Source: Callorhinchus milii | Taxonomy: Eukaryota | Direction: 5' to 3' | Length of the DNA stretch: 64,000 nucleotides | Assembly (NCBI RefSeq): GCF_018977255.1 | Contig: NW_024704742.1 | Coordinates: 74,960,001-75,024,000 of the forward strand | Part shown: in pieces, positions 1 through 10,325 of the stretch | Layout of the letters: every line of letters starts with the position of its first letter | How positions within the stretch are numbered: position 1 is the first letter of the stretch | Notes under the pieces: model-generated | Databases searched by the model: none | What the model was told of the DNA's origin: nothing | The model's input: only the letters and a program-made list of their open reading frames with translations | Program-made: the position numbers and the translations under genes

Positions 1-1049
1 ACCGAGGACCGAGCCCTGAGGAGCACCACAAGAGACGGTGCAGGGGCTGGGGGAGAAGCCATTTATGGAGACAGGACAGGATTTGGTTTATAATAATAAT
101 CCTTGCATTTGACATAGCACCTTATCGCATCTTCAAGACGTCTCAAAGTACTTCACAGAATATACTGTAAACTGAATTGATTGTATATTTTGTGGGTAAA
201 ATGTGACAGCCAATTAATTGTGCATGCACTTAACTTACAGCCCATGTCAACATCGATATAAACTTTGGCACACTTATGTTGACAGGTAATTATCCTCACT
301 TGTGATACATGAATCAGTGAGTGAGGTAATGATTAGGTGAGTGATTACAGGTTAATGTGTGGGACATGTGAGTGTACATGGCATTTGTAAGGTTAGTTTG
401 CACTATAAAGTAGTGTGATGTGCAAAGAAGAATTTAGAATGTGTGAAGGATTGCAGACCATTATTGCTCAATCAGAGCCATCAAAAGAAATGGAGGAAGC
501 AGCTAAGTATTTGGCCAAGCTGGAAGTGCTATCCCAAAAAGATCAAGTGTTATGTATGGAACAGTGTACTCTTAAATAATAGTGTTTTAAGTTCAAATTA
601 TCACATGGGTTCCAGAAAATGCTTCTAATTATAGCATTTTATATGAAATACATGTAAATAAATGTTTCTGCAATTTACAACCACCATTCATGTTTCTGTG
701 TTGTTCAGTCATTTGTTGACAATGTTGACAAAATTCTCACGTTTCCCAGTATGTCAATATAAATGGCTAGGACTGGAACGTAATATGCCATGAAACTCTT
801 TATTCTCTTATGCCACCTGTTTTTTTTGTGTAACAGGCTCCTCCTTGTTTCCCTTCCAGCTGTGTCCTTCTCCTCCCCTCATTGTGGCTGCAGGCTGCGG
901 TATTGCAAGGTGCTAGCTGGGGGGGATTGTATTGTAGAGACAACAAACCATCCTGATAATGGTTTCATTCACATTAATCTTTACGAAATTTAAATGTAAA
1001 CAAAACAAACATAATAAAATCTTAGATGGAGTACAGAAGGATATGGTCT

Positions 1050-1460
1050 TCCACAAAAGATGGGGTCAACTTCCCCATGTATGTGGATGACAGCCAGATT
1101 TACTATTTCTCCTACAGCTGTGACCCTATGCTCTGTCCTCTTGCTTGTCAGACATCAAAGCTTGGGTGAGTGCCAACTTTGTGCAGCTGAATATTGATAA
1201 GACAGAATCCATCCTCCTTGGCTCCAGTCAAAGTCTCTCAGCTGTGACTCCAACCTCCCGGGTCTGTCCCTCAGATGTACTGAACCTGTGCGTAACCTCA
1301 GGTTCAATCCCCAGCTATCCTTCCTGACCAGGACCATTTCTCTTTACCTCCACCTCTGACCATATCTCACACCTAATGCAGCCGAAACCTTTATCCACAC
1401 ATTCATCACTTTCCATCTTCAATTGTCAAATGCTCTCCGCACCAAGCTCCTCAGCTGCTG
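1050..1460 (+). mobile_element. Degenerate L2 LINE RT fragment
   Basis: YADD-like region followed by SDIKAWVSANFVQLNIDKTE. Confidence 0.8.
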
Positions 1461-2419
1461 CTAATAATCTTCTTCACTGATAGTTACACTTCCAATTTTT
1501 GCATCATATGCAAACTTAGAAATTGTGTGCAGTGTATATCCTGAAGAGCTTTGAGACAATTTCCTGACATAAAAAAAATTTTCACCAGTGATTAATGTGA
1601 AGTGCTTGGAGATGTTTTGATGTGATAAAGCCCTACATCAAATGCAAATATTCCCATGAGGATGATTTTTGGGGTCTGTAGGTGTCTGACACAAACCGAT
1701 CACCTTGGAGTGTATCCAAAACAGATTGGAGAGTTCCACATTTGCCATATATGCTTGGATATTTTCCCATGTATGGAAATGGAATGCACACACTCTCCCT
1801 GGAGGGATGCGTCCTACTTACCTAATTCTGGAGAGTATTAGGCACAGGTTGGCAAGAGCCAAGGACCCAGTTGGGTACTGCTGGAGTCTGACCAACTGAA
1901 ACCAGACAGCATTCTATTTCATGCTGAGCTGTGCTGCCCAGCAGGAAGATTCAGGATGTTCCTGCCATCCTCCTACTATAAACTTAAAACCATAACTGTG
2001 TCTCATGTCAAATAGCCAGCTGTCTATTTTTCTTTTGGGGGGAGGAGACAACTGGGGTCTCCTTAGAGTTTAATTAGCTCCAAAGTGTTGTGCAATGGAA
2101 CGTCAGAATGGAGTCTCTGTGGTGGTCTCCATAATCTGGTTCCTGAAGTAGGCAAGTCCAGGGTGTTACTGATGACAGATCAGCCAGCCTGGCTCATGGT
2201 AGGACATGGAGAGGCAGACCAGTCACTGAAATCAGGGATTCTTTCCCACTCTGCTCCTGTTAACCCTGGCCCCAACCTTTCTAACCTCCCCTAATTCTCA
2301 CTCGTTTATCTTGCCATTTTGTTACGCTCTCTTTCAACCCCTCTATTTGTTTCTTTATTGAGTGGTTCTTCATAGAATTATTTACACTGCACAGCGCACA
2401 AACAAGCTTTTCTGCCCAA

Positions 2420-2810
2420 CCAGTCACGTGTGGCATCCCTCAGGGCTTTGTCCTTGACCCTCCTTTTCAAAATCTACATGCTCCCCCTTGGCAACATCAT
2501 CCACAGACATGGGGTCAACCTCCACATGCATGCGGATGACACTGCATTCATGTGGGTAGGGGCCGGGGTGTGAGCGGGAGATGGGGTAGTAGACAGAAGG
2601 GCTAGGGCAGTTGAGTGGATCACCTCAACTTTGGATTCAAGGAAGTCCAGCATCGCCTCACAGTTGGCATTGGAGGTGAGGATGGGTGAGGCATGAGAGG
2701 GTGGGCGGAGGAGCCAGTTGGTGATGGAGAAGAGGAGCCTGAGGTTGTGCTTGGCCTCCAAGATAGTCTTGGAGTAGAATGACGATTTAGCGGAGGCAAA
2801 GCAGAGTATA
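2420..2810. mobile_element. Two abutting L2 fragments in opposite orientation
   Basis: Plus: PQG..L.P.LF.IYMLPLG...HMHADD to about 2540; then minus-strand L2 ORF2 (SKTILEAKHNLRLLFSITN). Confidence 0.7.
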
Positions 2811-3010
2811 ATATTGAGCAGTGAGAGGATTACCAGGGACATTGTACAGAAGTTTGATGTTTTCATTAGGAACCAGAAAAGTAGGAAAAAGCAGGAGTGG
2901 TTTTGTTTTATATAAGATTCCATACCAAAATTTAGAAGCTTTGAAAATTCACAGGGCAACAGATCAAAGTTGGCTTTCAAGAAAATGAACAAAACTCTTC
3001 AAATAAGACA

Positions 3011-3016
3011 TTTATT
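3011..3016 (-). promoter_or_regulatory. AATAAA polyadenylation signal of the SPINK-like gene
   Basis: tttatt on plus strand about 70 nt past the stop codon. Confidence 0.65.
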
Positions 3017-3086
3017 AAAGATTTCAATGTACCACAGAAGTTGCTGTTAATAACAGATGGCAAACATTATGGATTTCGAAAATCAA

Positions 3087-3183
3087 TTACAAGCCACCAA
3101 TCCACTTGGGATCATCAAAGTGGATTCCATCAGGGATTTCACATTTTCCAACCTTGAAGATAGCAACATCTGTCTTCAATACC
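3087..3183 (-). CDS. SPINK-like terminal exon (W)VLKTDVAIFKVGKCEIPDGIHFDDPKWIGGL*
   Basis: Acceptor cgtag| in phase 2; supplies the sixth Kazal Cys (I-x3-G-x-C); stop TAA 3089-3087. Confidence 0.88.
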
Positions 3184-3479
3184 CTACGGAGTTTTTTTAA
3201 AAAAGTCTTGTGTATACAGTAGCATCTAGTTATAAGGCTGGTTTCACTCCACATGCTCACAGCCTGCTGCTGTCTCACTTTCTAAATAGAAAAACACGAG
3301 TGGAAGAGCAGCACTATTGGTGACCAAAAGATACATATTTCCAAATATCACAGCGTTTTTTATTTTTAAACATAGAACATGTATAAAATCTAGTACTGTG
3401 AGATTTGAAAGTTTGGTGGATTGAGAAGCTGAGTTTTTCCAAAATAATCACTTCATTAAAGAGTTCTCTGATTTCTTAC

Positions 3480-3589
3480 CAATTGTGAAGGCACAGCAGG
3501 CACTCATCGGAGTAGGTTTCAGCATCTGTTCCACATACTGGGTTGTATTCTCGAGTACAAACTGGTAGCCTGAATGTTGCACAGTTCGG
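3480..3589 (-). CDS. SPINK-like exon 3, Kazal core [36 protein letters not shown]
   Basis: Kazal signature C-x7-C-G-x-D-x2-T-Y-x2-E-C-x2-C; acceptor tttag|, donor |gtaaga; 110 nt, phase 0 to 2. Confidence 0.93.
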
Positions 3590-4627
3590 CTAAATCACCA
3601 AAACAGAGACCATTACAAACGTGACCATCAATAAATACACATGATATTAAAAACAAGAGCATTTGGAATAAAGCAATGAGATTTTGAATGCAATTAAACT
3701 AGAAGTTACTCACAGTTCAACATTTACATATGCTGCAACTGCACATATTGAAAAGCCTTTACTGCAAGAAGCAGTTCATCTTCCAGCAAAGATAAACCTC
3801 ATCCAGAAACTACCATTGGCAGTACAATTTCTGGCCACCCCTCCTTTTTTTTTACACACACACATGTGATACTCTAATGCTTTAATTTTTACATACACTT
3901 AGATCTAAATCATTGAATATTCACCAGATACTGCTGATATAATTGGAAACTTTCAATTCAGGATTAGATAATAGAAAACCAGACTACCTTTTAACCTCAC
4001 TCCGATTCATGGTTGGTTTCTGATAACTCTCTATATACACAGTGAATGTTTCCAATCACTGCTGTGCTGGTCGTATTGCTTTGGCCCCCGTACTCTATTC
4101 TAAATTTTTGTTGCTTTGACTACAGCTCTTCTCACACATGTATCACATGTACATTTGGGTTTAGGAATTGTTGTTGATACTGCTAATTGTTCTGCACTCA
4201 AACCAAAAAAAACATTTAATGAGGAGCAAAAGATCTCAGATTAAAGTGATAAACAAATGTATATTCTCCATCGATCCTAAAACAATATCCTGTTTCATCC
4301 ACCTATTTATACATTTATTCCAGGAAATAGGATTCCTCTAAATAAGGAAAATTGTAAAGTAGTGCATTTAATTCTTTAATCAATCAAAAATTAATTTAAT
4401 AAAAAAATTCTGTGTCCACCGCCTTGGGACGTCTTCCTGACGTGAAAGGTGCTTTACAAATGTAATGTTAACAATAGCATCTTGCATTTATATAGTGCCC
4501 TTCACACAGAGCAGCGTCTCAGAGCACTAACAAAAGGAGGCACAGTACTCTTCTCCCATCCCTCTTAAGTTTATTAACACTTTTAACCACAAAATGAAAC
4601 TTATTTATTATATATACACACACTTAC

Positions 4628-4680
4628 AGGTTTACCAGTTTTCGCACCCATTATATCAGTTATGTGGTCAGTTGTAGATA
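4628..4680 (-). CDS. SPINK-like putative exon 2 (53 nt, (V)STTDHITDIMGAKTGKP)
   Basis: Acceptor ttgcag| and donor |gtaagt; open frame, phase 1 to 0, joining exon 1 to the Kazal exon. Confidence 0.65.
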
Positions 4681-5722
4681 CTGCAAGTACTTGAAATGCA
4701 AACAGACAGTTAAATTCCTACAGGTTTACTGTTCATTTACTATAAAAGCAAACTGTTGTCTAAAGTGAAATTAAAACAGAAAAGTCAAGGTTGAAGGTCT
4801 CAACGGCCAAAGGAAAAAGGTATTGGCAGAGGTGGGCAATGTTGTGGAAGTGAGGGAATGTCAAACAAGTGAACGCAGATGTTAGGACAGATGGGGGTCA
4901 AATATGAAACTGGTCGAGTTGTGATAACCAACAGGTGAATGGTCTGCCAACTGTAAGGATTATTATCATCATCAACAGACAAGACTGGGCAATTTAGGCA
5001 ATACTGGTGAGCAATAGATATTGTTAAAGCACATACCCAAGTAGGCAGGCACAAAAGAATTAAGAACTTCCCACATAAAGCTGGCAGCTAAGGCTCATTG
5101 AAAGATTAGGACAGATTATAGGGATGCTGATCCAAATTTGATCTCATCAGTATTGGTGACATGCAATATAGGTAAATGTGGCAAAGCAGCAATTCTGTGG
5201 CTCAGTGGCTTTCACATCTCAATTTCAACTTCCAGCCCTACACAAAAACCTCTTGTAGAATAAATGACCCAGAAAACGTGTGCCCAATAATAATTAAGAT
5301 CGTCCTGCAAAGGTTCAGAAATGGTGAATTTTAAAGCAAGTTTTCGTACAATAAAAAAATGAAACTTTAATTCCCGATCCTTCACCTGTTTAGGTTTTTC
5401 CTATTCCACTATTTCAACGGGGAAATAGTGTGCAGAATGGAGAAATGCATACTTGTGCATTGGAATAGCATTCAGCTTTTTGAATCACCATGTCCTCCAT
5501 AACAGCTTCACCTTTTCTAAACTAGTCCTATAGATTTACAAACATGAACTGATAACTTTGCTCTCTTCTCTTAATAATAAGTCATTTGGTGCCATTGCAA
5601 ATAAAATCACCAAATCTCAATATTGACTCAAATCATTCGCTCAGATAAGTGACTGACAATCACACTACTACTTGCTCCAAACTGGGTTTTCGGCAAACTT
5701 ATGCCCATGTTAGACCAATTAC

Positions 5723-5759
5723 CTGCAGCGAAGGTAAGTAGAGTCCCACACCAAGTCAT
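5723..5759 (-). CDS. Kazal-type (SPINK-like) inhibitor, putative coding exon 1 (MTWCGTLLTFAA, phase 1)
   Basis: ATG at 5759-5757, short hydrophobic stretch, donor CAG|gtaatt; phase fits the next exon. Signal peptide is short, so the true start is uncertain. Confidence 0.5.
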
Positions 5760-7149
5760 CCCCACAATGTTTCTTTGCTCTCACTGCCACTCGTCGCCTC
5801 ATTGATAGTCTCAGAGGCAGAAAAACCCGTGCTGTGAAATCTGCAGAACACCTGAAGCTTTATCTGCACTAATGGGCAATGACTGGATATAACTGGATCA
5901 TTTGCACTAACTCCCTGTACTCCAGTTTCCTTTACCCGTGAACCACACATACTCCTCCATTTCCTTGCAGTACCTATAATCAAACTGCACCAAAGAAAAC
6001 TCAGCTTCAATTTACTGTACGCTATCACCCTCACAAGTGTGTAGCTCACAAATAGGGTTTATCGTGTACCCAGAACACTACAAATTGCAATCTTACTTGT
6101 TTTTGTATCGGAATAAAAATAAATAATGGGAATAAAAGCACAACAGAATAGATATTTCTTCCTTATTAACGTGACTGTTTCACGTGATTTTATTAACAAT
6201 AATGTCAAAAATACTAGAGGAAAATAGAGAAATGCAAAACATTATTACATAACAAATAAACTAAACAGTCTCCTAATTCAGAACAATTTGTACTGATCAC
6301 AGCAGGTCAAATTGCTATTATGGAACATTTTCTACAATGAAAAATTGTATCCTTAATCCAAGTTTGTAAAGAACAATACATTTTCTCCCAAGACACAGAT
6401 GCATTAGAGAATGAAATCCACCTGATGCCAAGCCTATTTGTTGAGGTACTACATAAAGGCTTTCGCAAGGATTTTGCCTCATGGAAATATTGCCCCATGG
6501 AAGGAGAGATGGTTGGATGGTTGAAAGCAAACTGTAAGTAAATTTATTTCCACAGATCAGTGAGTCAGTGACAAGATGAGATCAATTTAAGATTGTTAGC
6601 AATGAGCAAATGTAAGGATGTTAGCAGAATGCCCTGCCAGGTTCTATCGTTGAGTCAAAACCATATTAGCTTTCAAAAGGGAACTAGATAAATATCTAAA
6701 ATGGAGTAAATTACAGGAATATAGGGAAAGGTCAGGTAAATTGGATTGAAAAAATAAATTTTCTTGATTAAATATTTCTTGATTTATGCCATAAATCAAG
6801 AAATATTCCATCAAGAAAGACTGGAAACAAAACATTGATTTAAACAAGCCTAGACTAGTGCAAATGTTCGGCGGGCCACTTTCTTGATTAGGGTTAGCCA
6901 CCGCTGCCCCAGCTATTGAGGTATTGCTAATAAAGAACAAAACAGCAATGTTTCTTTTTATATCGCTTTTGATTAATGCAAGAAATGGGTTAAGGAACAT
7001 CACAACGTTTACACATTACCAGATTAGTGGTCAGTATGAGTTACCAATCACCAACCGTTTCGTAGCATGCCCTCAAAATCATAAATTCCAATTAATTAAA
7101 AACTTCACAACCCACATTTTCTTTCTGCACCAAATTCTGCACTCCATGT

Positions 7150-7575
7150 GTCAGCGTGGCCTACTCTCGCCTCTGAGTCAAAAGGTCGTGAGTTCAAGCC
7201 CCCGTCGGGATTTGGAATCACATAATGTAAACCGATACTCCAATGCAGTGCTGGAGGAGTGTTGCATTGTCAGAGGTGCAGTAGACGTTAAACTGAGGTC
7301 CCGTCTGTCTGTTCCGGTGGATGTTCAAGATCCCGTGGCACTGTTCAAAAAGAGGAGGGAGTATCTCCCGGTGTCCTGGCCAACAATCCCCCAAATAAAA
7401 TGGGTCACTCACGCCATGGCTGTTTGTGGGACATTGCTGTGCGCAACTGGCTGCTGCATTTCGCCCACAAAAGACACAGTCAAACCAGTTGACCGTATAT
7501 CCTGTGAAGCGCTGTGAGACGCCTCAATGGCAATGATACGGTGCTATATGAAACGCAAGGTTTATTATTATTGTT
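7150..7575 (+). mobile_element. DeuSINE-domain SINE (SacSINE1/AmnSINE1-related) with L2-like tail
   Basis: tRNA-like head, Deu-type core (ggtggatgttcaagatcccgtggcactgttcaaaaagag...gtgtcctggccaaca), 3' tail ending in (TTA)n. Confidence 0.8.
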
Positions 7576-7599
7576 ATTATCATTACCCCCATCCCCGCT

Positions 7600-7790
7600 G
7601 CCTTGCCAGGCCCCGCTGGCCTCCCGCATGACCCGCGTGCCCTCGTTCCACCATCGGTGGCCGCGACACCATCGGCGGCTGCGCTTTCCGCTCCTTCGCC
7701 CCGAAAACTCTGGACCACTCTTCCTCGGCCTCTGCGCCCCTTCCTGCCCCGTCTTCAGGTCGCGGCTGAAGACCTTCCCCACCCACCGGG
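7600..7790 (+). mobile_element. CpG-rich L2 3' fragment inside the PPA2 promoter
   Basis: ccaccatcggcggctgcgcttt...ccccgaaaactctgga...tcttcaggtcgcggctgaagacct matches the TIGGRAFS..APKLWN..FK..LKT end of other L2 copies here. Confidence 0.7.
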
Positions 7791-7939
7791 AGTCCAGGCT
7801 CCGCCATCGTTGAGCCGCGGGGCCGCTGTCCTGCGCCGCCTGAGGGGCGCTGTGTGAATGCAGGTTGCGGCCTGTTCCCGGCGGAGCCCGACAGCGGGGG
7901 CGCTGTGACCCGGCGCCCCGCTCCCCGCTGCCCGAGCTC

Positions 7940-8072
7940 ATGGCAGGCCTCAGCTGCAGCCTCGGAGCCTGGTTTCCGCGCCGCCGCGGCCTCGGCCTCT
8001 TGTTGGGGGGCCTGAGCGGGCGGCGCGGGGCCCGGAGCGGGTGCGAGCGGAGAGAAGAGCGCGTTTACCTGA
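7940..8072 (+). CDS. PPA2: PPA2 coding exon 1, Arg-rich mitochondrial transit peptide (MAGLSCSLGAWFPRRRGLGLLLGGLSGRRGARSGCERREERVYL)
   Basis: ATG in CpG island; Arg/Leu/Ser/Gly-rich with no acidic residues for 35 aa; donor A|gtgagt in phase 1 matches next exon. Confidence 0.85.
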
Positions 8073-8159
8073 GTGAGTGAGTGAGTGAGTGAGCACCGCC
8101 TCACACACCACAGCGCTCACCGCACCTCAACACCAGCAGCGGCTCAGGGCCTGGGGGTG

Positions 8160-8785
8160 AGGGAGGGCCACACAGGGCCGCATCCCAGAGAGCTCCACCA
8201 TGGCGGAGCAGAGGGGGGAGGGGGGTGGGGGCGGCAGAGGTAGGAGAGGAGAGACTGCGGCCATGACCTGAAGGTGGGGCAGGAAGGGTAGAGGTAGAGG
8301 AAGAGTGTTCCAGAGTTCCAGGGAGTAGCGGCTGAAAGCGCGGCCGCCGACGGTGGAACGGAGGGCACGAGGGACGTGAAGAAGGCCGGAGCCGGTCGAG
8401 CGGAGGCAGCGGGTAGTGGGTCGGTCGGGGTGGGGTGGGTGGGGGGGGGTTTGGGTAAGTAGGTGAGAGAGGCGGTGTGTGAAGATGGGAGTGGTGGACC
8501 GTGTCGAAGGCGGTGGAAAGGTCCCGGAGGATGGGGAGGCAGAGGGAGCCCCGGTCACACACAGGGAGGTCATCGTTTGTGACTTTGACGAGTGCCGTAT
8601 CTGTGCAGTGGACAGAGCGGAAACCAGACTGGAGAGGTGAAGAGCGACAACACGTTCCAGAGCTTTGGCGAGGGAGGGAGGGAGGGCGGGAGGGCGGGTT
8701 GGAAATGGGACGGTAATTTGTCAAGTTCGAGGAGTCATGGGTGGGATTTTTGAGCAGGGGAATGATGGCAGTGGTTTTAAACCAA
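8160..8785 (-). mobile_element. L2 LINE, internally deleted
   Basis: [10 protein letters not shown]...[34 protein letters not shown], followed by the L2 3' end. Confidence 0.85.
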
Positions 8786-9406
8786 ACCAACCCGGCCTAA
8801 ACTAACTCAGCAACGACAACTTGCCTTTTAAATAGCCCTTCCTGAAGGGCAATGTCTCAAAGAAATTTCACGGGGTTGCGGTTTGTTCTCAGCAGGGGAG
8901 AGGGAGGTGGCCAGTTTAAAGATTTAAGACGGGCCATTAAGCCAAAGACTGGTTGATGGAGGAAGTTCCAGAGCTTCGGAGCCTAGAAACTAGTCTTGGC
9001 TGCTTATGGTGTTGCGGGGAGAATGGGGCATGTGCAGAAGCCTGAGTTAGCTGAAGTTAGGATGAGATCGAAGAGATCAGGGAATGGATGGATTCATAGG
9101 CAATGGTGACGACATTGACATGATCCGCTGGGAGTCAGTGGAGACTGATGAGGACTGGGGAACTCCTAATCAAGGAAATGGAAATTATTGAACCTCAAAT
9201 GTTGATAACATTAATAATAATCTTTGTATTTGATATAGCACCTTATCACGTCTACAAGACATCTCAAAGAGCTTTACAGAACATACTGTAAAATGAATTG
9301 ACTGTATATTGTTTGCATGAAATGCAGCAGCCAATTTCACACAGCAGAGTCCCATAAATAGTCGTGGATTGATGATATGTTGCTTTGTCTCACTTTACTG
9401 TTGTAG

Positions 9407-9471
9407 AGGATGCTACAGGGAGATATATTTCACCTTTTCATGATGTCCCACTCTATGCAGTAAACGATCAG
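9407..9471 (+). CDS. PPA2: PPA2 exon (K)DATGRYISPFHDVPLYAVNDQ
   Basis: YISPFHD[IV]PL motif of eukaryotic family I PPases; ag/gt boundaries; 65 nt. Confidence 0.95.
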
Positions 9472-9886
9472 GTCAGTTTCATTTGCTGTTGTTTTTACTG
9501 TAATACTGTATAGCTATAAGTTTACTGACTGGTTGTTTGTAGCATTGGGAAATGCCTTAGGTTTTATTCAGACGACTGAAATGACACCTGTATAAGGCTG
9601 TCATGTTTTGAAGAAAAACTCAAAAATGTGATGCCTATCTTTCTTGGAAGATTGGTAATAAACTACATAGACCTAGAGGGGAGATTTGTCCCAATGAGCT
9701 TAAACTGGTTGCAGCTCATTCACTGGATTTACCTTTGATCTTCCTTTGTTTTTTTACTGTTTTCATCAAGCCTGTTATCTGCATTAATTGGGACTGGTCC
9801 AAATGGGGATTTATGAACATTGTAGATAATTAACTACAATACGAACCAAAGTTATTCCATCAGTGGTTAAACTGGTGTCAGTAGAT

Positions 9887-10325
9887 GTCAGCCTGGCTTA
9901 GGTGGTGGCCCTCACCTCTGAATCAGAAGACTGATTCAAGCCTCACATTGGGTTCAGGCTGACATTCCAGTGCAGTGCTGCAGATTGTTGGACGTTCTGT
10001 TAGTAAGGATGTAACATTAAGAGACGTAAATCGAGGTCCCGCCCGCCTGCCTGTTCAGGTGGATGTTAAAGATCCCATTAGCACTATTCAAAAAGAGAAT
10101 AGAGTTTCTCTGGCGTCGTGACCAACAATCCCTCAAATAAAAGATTGGTTATTCACTTCATGGCTCTTTGTGCAACATTGCTATGTTCAAATTGGCTGCC
10201 GTGTTCTGCAAAATACACTGCCATTAAGCTCTACAAAAAAGTCACGTGAAGCACTTTGAGATATTCTCCGATCATGAAAGACACAATTGTATATTAAATG
10301 CAAGTATTATTATTGACACTATTAT
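9887..10325 (+). mobile_element. DeuSINE-domain SINE
   Basis: Same head, core and tail as 7150-7575. Further copies at about 14440-14790, 18958-19400, 23700-24090 (+) and 20470-20820, 24430-24775, 37680-37860, 56850-57150 (-). Confidence 0.8.

Larger units (their letters stand above)
7580..8450. promoter_or_regulatory. PPA2: CpG island / PPA2 promoter and exon 1
   Basis: Abrupt GC- and CpG-rich stretch around the first PPA2 coding exon in an otherwise AT-rich, CpG-poor window. Confidence 0.8.

Noticed and set aside
3714..4030. Alternative SPINK exon 2 candidates (donors near 3713 and 3987)
   Set aside because: Phases are incompatible with the phase-0 Kazal exon or introduce in-frame stops; 4628-4680 fits cleanly.
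6924..7517. 197-aa plus-strand ORF
   Set aside because: Its 3' part reads through a DeuSINE; no recognisable protein similarity or splice support.
7480..8790. Several long GC-rich ORFs on both strands
   Set aside because: Explained by stop-codon scarcity in the CpG island and L2 remnants; only 7940-8072 fits a gene model.
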